From: a virus
Lineage: Duplodnaviria > Caudoviricetes
Reading direction: 5' to 3' (one strand)
Length of the DNA: 49,738 nucleotides
Virus record (IMG/VR): IMGVR_UViG_3300023170_004110
Location: 1 to 49,738 of that record
The position numbers and the translations under genes were made by a program. Numbering within the stretch: position 1 is the first letter of the stretch; each line of letters starts with the position of its first letter. Shown here piece by piece: positions 37,330-46,800 of the stretch. Below the pieces are notes generated by a model. It worked only from the letters and a program-made list of their open reading frames with translations, had not been told where the DNA came from and searched no databases.

Positions 37330-38178
37330 TTATAAAAAAGTAATTTTTACTATACCTGAGCCACCTTGCCCAGATCCACCAGCACAAGCTTTTGCCCAGT
37401 TATTACAATAGTTAGATACACCAGACATACCTCCACCCGAAGGCCAATTAACATAACAACCACAAGAACACCAAGCATCACTTGCACTAGTACCTTGCCA
37501 TAAACCTATAACAGGCGGTTGTCCAGTAAAACTGGTAGTCCTATAGCAATGACACGCACCGTGACCAAGTTTAGCACCAACTGTGCCCATTATACCTAAA
37601 TCTGCACCAAATGATCCACAAATATTACAATTTGCACAGCCACTTGTATGATGCCTAGGACCCCATGCATCTCCATTACACATCCATCCGCCACAACCAC
37701 CTACTACACAAAAATTAGATAAATTGTGACCTGTAACAAAAGATCTACAACCCATACCTGCACTACAAGTATGGCTTTTTGCACATGGCCAACTGCCTCC
37801 TGCACAAATAGTGTACTGGCATCCAGGTGCAGTTGCTATTGTTTTGATTGCATAGTTGCCTCCTGCACCTCCAATACTGAAGCTACAGCAATTATAACAG
37901 GTGTGTCCTGCTCCACCACCTCCACCTGACCAAATCTCAAAAGTAACTTGTGAAACTTTATCAGGTACAGTCCACAAACAACATTTTCCATTTGCTTGTT
38001 CGCAGCAACTGCTGCGATTTGCACAGTTTCTACAATCATGTGCTCTTGCGTTAAATATCCATTGAACACCATATCCGTTACCTGCTCCTGCGGCTATGTG
38101 GTCGCACGTTACAATACTACAGGTCGATGCGTCTATATTTTCTTCTGTAATTCTTTTGTAATTCGCATAATTTGCCAT
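37330..38178 (-). CDS. Cys/Gly-rich fibre-like protein, paralogue 1
   Basis: WTVP..VTFEIWSGGGGG, GGSGIVKITF; 29 Cys in 282 aa. Confidence 0.8.
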   Translation of the reverse strand: MANYANYKRITEENIDASTCSIVTCDHIAAGAGNGYGVQWIFNARAHDCRNCANRSSCCEQANGKCCLWTVPDKVSQVTFEIWSGGGGGAGHTCYNCCSFSIGGAGGNYAIKTIATAPGCQYTICAGGSWPCAKSHTCSAGMGCRSFVTGHNLSNFCVVGGCGGWMCNGDAWGPRHHTSGCANCNICGSFGADLGIMGTVGAKLGHGACHCYRTTSFTGQPPVIGLWQGTSASDAWCSCGCYVNWPSGGGMSGVSNYCNNWAKACAGGSGQGGSGIVKITFL

Positions 38179-39665
38179 TAAATTAACCTATTAATTAAAA
38201 GTAACTTTTACTATACCTGAGCCACCTTGCCCAGATCCACCAGCACAAGCTTTTGCCCAGTTATTACAATAGCTAGATACACCAGACATACCTCCACCCG
38301 AAGGCCAATTAACATAACAACCACAAGAACACCATGCTTCAGTTGCATTTATTGCTTGTACATTTCCTATAAAAGGAGCTGTTCCTGACCAGGTTCCGTC
38401 AGCACCGCTACAATGACAACCCAAATGACCTATTTTCATTCCCATAGATCCACTAATACCAAAATCTGCACCGAACGAACTGCATATGTTACAATTTGCA
38501 CAGCCACTTGTATGATGCCTAGGACCCCATGCATCTCCATTACACATCCATCCGCCACAACCACCCACTACACAAAAATTAGATAAATTGTATCCAGTCA
38601 CATATGACCTACATCCCATACCTGCACCACAAGTATGGCTTTTTGCACATGGCCAACTGCCTCCTGCACAAATAGTGTACTGGCATCCAGGTGCAGTTGA
38701 TATAGTTTTTGTTGCATAATTACCACCTGCACCTCCAATACTGAAGCTACAGCAATTATAACAGGTGTGTCCTGCTCCACCACCTCCACCTGACCAAATC
38801 TCAAAAGTTACCTTAGAAACTTTATCAGGTACAGTCCACAAACAACATTTTCCATTTGCTTGTTCGCAGCAACTGCTGCGATTTGCACAATTTCTACAAA
38901 TAAATCCTCTGGTATTATAGATAAAAAAACTACTTAGTTTCGGTCTTGCGCCATTTGCAATAGCTTGTTGAGATATTATGTTATCATTTAAGTTTTCTGC
39001 GCTAATTTTTTTATAGCTACTGTAGGTTGCCATTGATTTCCTTAATAATATGTAACTTTTACTATACCTGAGCCACCCTGACCAGATCCACCAGCACAAG
39101 CTTTTGCCCAGGTACAACAGTAACTAGATACACCAGATACACCTCCACCTGCAGGCCAATTAACATAACAACCACAAGAACACCATGCTTCAGTAGCTGA
39201 TGCTGATTGCATGAGTCCTATATATGGTGCTGATCCTGTAAAACTCGTACTTCCATTACACCTACACATTGATTGTCCTGTTTTAAAACCAGTAGTGCCA
39301 CTAATACCAAAATCTGCACCGAACGAACTGCATATGTTACAATTAGCACAACCGTTATTAAAATGCCGACCATTGCAACAAAGCCATGCCTCTCCATTAC
39401 ACATCCATCCGCCACAACCACCTGTGGTACAGAAATTAGATAAATTGTATCCAGTCACATATGACCTACATCCCATACCTGCACTACAAGTATGGCTTTT
39501 TGCACATGGCCAACTGCCTCCTGCACAAATAGTGTACTGGCATCCAGGACAAGTCCTTATAGTTTTTATTGCATAATTACCACCTGCACCTCCAATACTG
39601 AAGCTACAGCAATTATAACAGGTGTGTCCTGCTCCACCACCTCCACCTGACCAAATCTCAAAAGT
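37862..39665. repeat. dispersed identical 83-bp block in three paralogues (37862-37944, 38726-38808, 39583-39665), plus other shared blocks
   Basis: Base-by-base comparison of cctgcacctccaatactg...caaatctcaaaagt. Confidence 0.95.
38191..39033 (-). CDS. Cys/Gly-rich fibre-like protein, paralogue 2 (start revised, MATYSSYKK)
   Basis: TAAGGA RBS before ATG 39033; N-terminus aligns with the paralogues. Confidence 0.8.
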   Translation of the reverse strand: MATYSSYKKISAENLNDNIISQQAIANGARPKLSSFFIYNTRGFICRNCANRSSCCEQANGKCCLWTVPDKVSKVTFEIWSGGGGGAGHTCYNCCSFSIGGAGGNYATKTISTAPGCQYTICAGGSWPCAKSHTCGAGMGCRSYVTGYNLSNFCVVGGCGGWMCNGDAWGPRHHTSGCANCNICSSFGADFGISGSMGMKIGHLGCHCSGADGTWSGTAPFIGNVQAINATEAWCSCGCYVNWPSGGGMSGVSSYCNNWAKACAGGSGQGGSGIVKVTFN

Positions 39666-39890
39666 AACACAAGATGTATATTCTGGTACCGTCCACAAAC
39701 AACATTTTCCATTTGCTTGTTCGCAGCAACTGCCCCGATTTGCACAATGATGACATGCATGCGCCCTAGCGTTATAAATCCAAAGAACAGCAGAATTTTT
39801 TCCTGCTCCTAATTCTATTTTATCACTAGTAATTGAGTTATCTAAAAATTGATCAGATAATATTTTTTTATAACTACCGTAATTTGCCAT
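39042..39890 (-). CDS. Cys/Gly-rich fibre-like protein, paralogue 3 (start revised, MANYGSYKK)
   Basis: TAATG overlap with the upstream gene; aligns with the paralogues. Confidence 0.8.
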   Translation of the reverse strand: MANYGSYKKILSDQFLDNSITSDKIELGAGKNSAVLWIYNARAHACHHCANRGSCCEQANGKCCLWTVPEYTSCVTFEIWSGGGGGAGHTCYNCCSFSIGGAGGNYAIKTIRTCPGCQYTICAGGSWPCAKSHTCSAGMGCRSYVTGYNLSNFCTTGGCGGWMCNGEAWLCCNGRHFNNGCANCNICSSFGADFGISGTTGFKTGQSMCRCNGSTSFTGSAPYIGLMQSASATEAWCSCGCYVNWPAGGGVSGVSSYCCTWAKACAGGSGQGGSGIVKVTYY

Positions 39891-40525
39891 TAGACTGTAA
39901 TTATCCTCCAACCGTAAGTAGTATTACTAAAAACTAATTCAAAAGCTGCATTTACAGTTGTAACTGTCATATCTGCTGCATCGCCCATTATTAGGCCTCC
40001 ATTCCTTGCAATTGTTAATGCTGCTGTATCAAAATTTCCAGCAACATCAAAAAATCTAATTGTATCTCCTAATGCAGGCGAACTTGGAAGTGTAGCAATT
40101 ATTGGGGCAGTAGTAGTATCTATAAAATAAGCTTTCCATAGTTCTGCATTAAAGCTTGCAATTTCGATAGAGTAAGTGTATGCATGGTATTGCCATGATA
40201 AAGTTCCTGCTGCATCAGTTGTCAAAGCTTGTCCTGCTCTAGCACCATCACTAGATGGTAAAGTGTACGTTACACTCGTATCTACACTAGCAGGAGCTTT
40301 AAATCCTTGATATGCGCCTGCTGCATCAGCAAATCTTAATTCATTATTATCTGTAAATTCAGTTGTTGTTAGAACTGCAATATTACCTGCAGGATCACCT
40401 ATTTCAAGACCGTTGTCGTAAAAAGATAGATTTGCTGGACTTGATTGAGTAGTAATATTTCTTTCATGGAATGTTAATCCTCCTAAACCGGTAGGAAAAG
40501 TTCCACTTGTAATATATCTTGCCAT
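39890..40525 (-). CDS. virion structural / fibre-associated protein
   Basis: YTLPSSDG..GQALTTDAAGTLSW and YFIDTT..TLPSSPALGD..GWRI fibre modules. Confidence 0.65.
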   Translation of the reverse strand: MARYITSGTFPTGLGGLTFHERNITTQSSPANLSFYDNGLEIGDPAGNIAVLTTTEFTDNNELRFADAAGAYQGFKAPASVDTSVTYTLPSSDGARAGQALTTDAAGTLSWQYHAYTYSIEIASFNAELWKAYFIDTTTAPIIATLPSSPALGDTIRFFDVAGNFDTAALTIARNGGLIMGDAADMTVTTVNAAFELVFSNTTYGWRIITV

Positions 40526-40540
40526 TAGTATTCCTTTAAA

Positions 40541-40861
40541 TTACAGAGTAGATGTTTCAATTCCATACACCATAGCTGTAACGCTTGCAGCATCTGATCG
40601 CACTACTACATATCTTGCTTCTTCTAAAACCACACCTGCTCTCTCCATAGCACCGTTTTGTAAAAGTTCTGTTTGATATTCGATGTACTCATCGCCTGCT
40701 GGTGATGTACTAGCTGATAGAGCAATATTAACACGACATGGTGCTATTCCTCTATTAACTATGTTTACCGCTACAACTGAAAATGTACTTTCAGGCACTT
40801 GATAAATTGCTGTATCGGTGTTAGCGCCTAAATCTGCGCTACCTAAAACTCCTGTTGCCAT
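40541..40861 (-). CDS. small beta-sandwich-like virion protein
   Basis: 106 aa; AGGAG RBS; GATAAATA at 40879-40886. Confidence 0.6.
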   Translation of the reverse strand: MATGVLGSADLGANTDTAIYQVPESTFSVVAVNIVNRGIAPCRVNIALSASTSPAGDEYIEYQTELLQNGAMERAGVVLEEARYVVVRSDAASVTAMVYGIETSTL

Positions 40862-40881
40862 TATAAATTCTCCTAATATAT

Positions 40882-43800
40882 TTATCTAAAAAACAAACTA
40901 TATGCAAGCGGATAACCTAATACACCGCCTCTAAATTCTGTCACTGCATTAATGTTTATTGTTGTACCTGTTACACTAGTTATGACATTAGTACCAATAA
41001 AGACATCACCTGCTGTTATTGTATTTACATTTAAGGAGCCACCACCACCACCAATTTGTGCTTCTATATATGCTTTTACTGCTCTTTGTGTAGGTACAAC
41101 TGTATCTGAGTTTGCACTCATAAATGGATCTGTAGAAAATTCATTAATACTTGCCGAATTTCCTCCTAGCGTAACCTCTCCAAGTGTTAGTTCTTGCAAT
41201 CCTGCAATATTGAATGCATCTGCATTTAAAGTTGCAATACCAGTTGATTGTTCTACACTAAATAAACCACCTACTCTAAAATTTCCGTCTTGATCAGTTG
41301 CAGTATAAAATACCCTACCGCCATTTGATTCAACTGTTTCGTGTGTTTGATCTGGATCAACTAATGGTAAACCTGGATAATTTGTTGATTCAAAACCTCC
41401 TGTACCGATATCTAAGAAATCATGTCCTGTTAATCTAACCTGTGAATATTTTATTCGCATTGTTACTAGTGTATCATTTTCAGGTGATTCACTTACTTCT
41501 AATGAAGGAGATAAGTTTAAAAATCCTGAATAGCTACCATCAGTATCTCCTAATAAAGATACAGTATTAACAAGTTTATAAACAGCATTTGGTAAATGAT
41601 CAAATACTATATTAGATCCAGGAACTGGTAAAGTGCTTAATCTCCTGACTGCAACATAATTTCCATTTTGATAAAAGTCAGCATAGCCGTCTGAAAAATT
41701 AGGTGCAACATCTGCAGAAGCAGATAAGTAATTATTACCTCCATCTATTATTGTTGGATTTGCAAGGGCACCATTGCCTGTTCTTACTGCTACTTCAACA
41801 TCATAGACATTATTTGGATCTACGATAGTTATAGTAGGCGCACCATCTATATAACCACTTCCAGGTTCTACTAATCTAATTTCATATATTTTTTCAGATG
41901 CTACACTTGCTCTACCAAATGCTTGCGTTCCTGCATATATTTTTGAAATTAAAGTTGTACTTCCACTTCCTTTTGCGATCCAATAATGAGATTGATCAGG
42001 ATTACCAAAGCCAATAGATTCAAATCCATGGCTATCTATCGCAGGATTACTATCCACTCCTTGGACTGTCCAATTAACAGCATCTTCTGTAATAAGAATA
42101 GCATTAATTTCTGTAGATGTTGCTACATTTTCACTTGCAACAGCTACAAATAAACCTTGACTATATTTAACTTGTGTTATGTCTGCAACTGTTGACCCGT
42201 CAATCGATGGTATGTCTGATTCTACCCACGTCTCTCCCCTATCTAAACTGAATGCAGCTTTGTTTGATCCGGAAGACACAGCTAAAAATCTATTTTTACC
42301 AAAACACATACTACTCCAAGTATAAGTTCCAGGTAATACAGTTGTATACCATAAACCAGGATTTTGGTATTCAGCATAAACAGCATCAGTAGATCCAGGA
42401 AGAATTGCAGCAAGTCTTTCTGCACCAAAAGTTAGTCCAATGAATCCTGTGCTTGGTAGAACAGTAGCATACTGTATCCAGTTAGCTCCTCCATCGTTAG
42501 ATGCAAATACATGTCGAGAATTTTCAAAAATTAAAAAGAAATTGTTTAATCCATATACTAAGGATGGTTTACTATTGTATGGTCCTCCTGGTAAAGATGT
42601 TACATTCCATGTAATATTATCATTAGAATAATATACTTGATTAGTTGCTGAACTTTGGGTAACAATGACTGTAGAACTTTGTTTTAGTGTAGTAGATCCG
42701 TCACTTATAAAACCATTTGCTATTGCTACTGGACCAGTTGATGTACCACCAAGAGCTGTTGTTGTCCATGTTTCTCCGTCTAAACTTTCTAAAATACTTG
42801 TACTAGCATTTTGTGTCATTATCCAACTGCCACTCAATCCTAATCCTGATTGATCAAAATGCGTAATTGCTCCGGTAGTGGAATTTACACTTGTAATAGT
42901 AAGTGTTAAATCATTTTTAGGAGATGCTCCTCCTAGTGTTGTTCCTAAAATTTGGATAGTATCGTTTTTAGAAAAATTTGTTCCTCCGTCTGCAATAGAA
43001 ACTGTATATTTGCTACCATTCCTTGTAACATCAAATGTACATCCAAGTCCTGCTTTGCTCGTTATCGTTCCAGTTACACTATTATAAATTAAAGCTGTTT
43101 TACAAAACTGTATATCTGAACTTGTAACTGCTACATTTGTTTCATGCGAGTATGAATAAAAAGGCGGAGCAGAAAATGTTACATGTGGTTCTATTTGATA
43201 AACTGATGTAGCATTAGTAGCTACAATAGGTGTTCCTGGCACCAAATGCTCATAGCCAGGTGTTCCGTCATTTTTTTCTACTGCAGCAAGTTTAGCACCG
43301 GAATTGTAAGATGTAATTGTAGCATATTGCCCTACGCCTACGCCTCCTATAATAACAATTCTCATTCCAGGATAAGCACTATCTGGATTACCATCTGTTG
43401 CAGCAAGAGTTATACTTGTTAATGTTCCTGTTTGAGCAGTATTTGATTCTAGAGTATATTTTGTACCACCTAGTTCGCTACCTTCTACAGTAGGATCTAA
43501 AATTCTAACTCTATTTACAGCAGCATCTCTAAATTCGTCAACTTCTACAACAGCACCCGATCCTGATCCAAATACATCAATTTGTGCTTCTGTATAATCA
43601 TTACCTGCATGATTGAATTCTAAGTTTATAATTTTATCACCATCTACAGGAACTTCGCCTATTGCTGCATTAAATTGTAAAATATTATCAACTATAGCAG
43701 TTACAGGAGTTTCAGTTATATCTACACCTTCAGCAACAGATCCAAACTCACCGTACGAATTGTTACCATTTGTTGCCCTTATTTTTCCGCCACCTTCTGC

Positions 43801-46800
43801 TAAGTAACCAATATGGGCATAGTACGTAAATACTGAAACCAGTTCAGCTCTACCATTGTTTGTGATCCAGGCACCGATTCCGTCACTAATAACTTGTGTA
43901 AAATCGTTAGAAACTATTGAATCGTTTCCTCCGTTGTGTAAAGCACCATCTATCTTTTGACCAACAGCTCCTCTACCAAATGTTGTAACCCCTTGAACAT
44001 AAGGAGATCTTTCAGTAATCCACACTCGTTCGTCATCTGGTCCCCAACCAGGATCTAATGATGCATAGGCACCAGCAGTAGGTCTACTGGTTCCATATTC
44101 ATTTACTGGAGATAGGTCTCCATTTAACCCCTTAACTGTTTGCAATCTTAAGCCTGTACCATTCCTTAAATAATACATATCTTCTTCTTGCGACCCTATG
44201 ACAGCATTAAGATAATATCTAGCGGCTAATTTTGTTTTGTAATTTGCAGCTTGCTCAAAACTGAAACTGTAAGTTAATAACAAAGTATCTAAAGAATAAG
44301 ATCTTCTATATTGTTTAGGATATTGGAGATCCCATTTCATAGCATCGACAATTGTTCTTATATCTCTTCTACAAAGTGTGCTATTAAATATGTATTCTTT
44401 TTCTATATTAATATTGTCTGCAACAATTACATCAGGCAAACTTGCTGCAGTTGCTCCTATTGTTGAGCTTACTGTAAAGGTTGTACTACTTAAAATTTCT
44501 TTTACGTAGACAGTTTGGTTTAATCCTATTGTTGTAAGGTCTGTTGTTTCGCTTGTAAAAATTATTGGCATATTTAAGCTTAGCCAATTTGTATTTGTTA
44601 CAGATAATATGCTACTTGTTATAGTTATGTTCGTATCTTTAAAATAATTATTTACATATGCTACTGCTTCTTCTACAATTAATTCTTTGTTTAATTCTAA
44701 TAATTTAATAGCTCCGTAAGTATCTGGATTATCTACTGAAGCATTTTTAGCTTCGTTAGTAGCTGCAAATAATATGTCGTTTACAAGTTCAAAAGTATTA
44801 TCAAGTTGTAAAACTGAACTTGCATTTGATACAAATGTTTTTGCTAAATTTCTCGCATAATAATTTGCTGCTATTGTAGCATCTTTTTGGTTTCCATAAA
44901 CTTTTGCAGACGGTTGACGTAAATAGCTATAAGCTGTAATTATACTCATACCATTTGAGCCTGTGCACCAATCATAGCTTGCTGCTTTCATTATCATCTC
45001 TAAATCTCTAGAGCATTTTTCGTGATCAAAGTCAAAGCCACTGTATGTTGTAGTTATAAATTGTAGAGTATCATTTGTAATTGTAGTTGATTCCGTTACA
45101 ATAGATGCGGCAAGAGTTTGCGTCTCTGCACTTGTCCAAGTAATATCAGGCGTAACTTCTGCTGCAAGTGTAGTAATATCATTTGCTGTTAGCACATCAG
45201 TTAAAATGACTGCTAAATCATCCATTTTATCGCCTTCGACACTTGTGCCCGGAGAACCTGTAGTAGATTGTCCGCCAAATGTTTCTAAGATTACACTCTG
45301 ACAAACATTACCTAAGTATGTGTACATAGATACACCGATACTTCTTTGATTAGCATCTGTATAAACACAAGCTCCTGATATATTATTAAATAATGCTCTT
45401 GCTACATTTCTTGTTGCTATGTTGCATCCGTCGCCTCCAACTGATGTATCATAATTTACATCATAAGTGAATGCGTCTAAAGCTCTACCTATATCATCTT
45501 GACATTTAGTTTGTTGAGCAGGCGTTAATCCGTTCCAGAATGTTGAATAAGTTGTTTCTATATAAGTTCTTACTGCGCTAATTATAAATGCACGATTTAA
45601 AATTAATAAATTTTTAGCGTTTGCTCGTGCAGCAATAACACCAGGCTCCGATAAAGATATTGCATCTGCTGAAGTATCACCATTTATGAATATGTCTAAT
45701 AATTCGTTGTAACTTGCATTTGCTAAATTAAGTAAAGTTGTATTAGATGCTAAGATTACTGCAATTTTATCTCTTATAAACTCTATAGAGCCTATTTCTG
45801 CCGACGATTGTTCAGTTTTTACTCTTGATGCTTGTGCTCTATTATAAGCTAAGCCACCTTGAATACCCCAAAAATTAGATCCTAGAACTGCATCATATCT
45901 TCCACCTTCGATTAAATATCCAATGTCTCTGCGACAATAGTTTCCTTTATATGTAAAATCTCCAAAATGGGTTATAATAAAATCAATAGTTTTTTCTTGT
46001 ATACCAGTTATTTCTGCATCTAAATCTGTAACATCAGATTGTAATTGTGCTGCTGCACCTGTAATTGTTGGATAGGCTAATATCGGTGTGTTATCTACAT
46101 TATCTATTATTGTTGTAATATCATTCATAAGGTTTAGAATTACATTAGATGTTGTAGAATTACCGGAATTCGGACCTAATAACTGTTGCTGGTCGGTGCC
46201 AGTATAATATGCAGGAGAAACTGTATTGTTTGTAGATAAAGTTTGTAAAATATTGCTTAAATAATTATAAGCATCAATTGTTGCAGTTTTTTCTAAGGTA
46301 TTTATTGTGAAGTTACCTGTTCTACCTGCATAATATGCTAATCCAGCAGTTATAGATGCCCAATTGCCTTCATATGTTAAGTCAAATGCAATCGCATCTA
46401 ATATGTAACCAATATCTTGTTTACATTTAGTTCGAGAATAGCGTAAATTTGGAAATTCGGTGTTTATGTAAGCAGAAATTTCTTCTTTTATCCAATCTTT
46501 ATTCAGTAGTATATTATCTCGTGCATATCCAAACTGAGGTGTTGTTAGATCATATGCAGGTGTATATATAGTTTCTAATTTTGTACCAAGCCCATGATCG
46601 ACTAATCTTTTTGTAATTCGGGCAAGTTGAGTTGCTGTAGCAGCTTCAGATAAACCGCCAGTAGGCCATTCTGTGTATTGCGATTCGTTATTACCTGCAG
46701 TTTTACTAATTAATTGTCCTGTTACAATGTTTCCTATAACATCTTGTAATCTAGCATAAGCTTCGTACGTATATTTTACATCTCTTTTTGGTATTAACTT

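Noticed and set aside
37330-39890. Diversity-generating retroelement (template/variable repeat pair)
   Set aside because: All copies are full coding genes, differences include indels and are not adenine-specific, and no reverse transcriptase is present in the window
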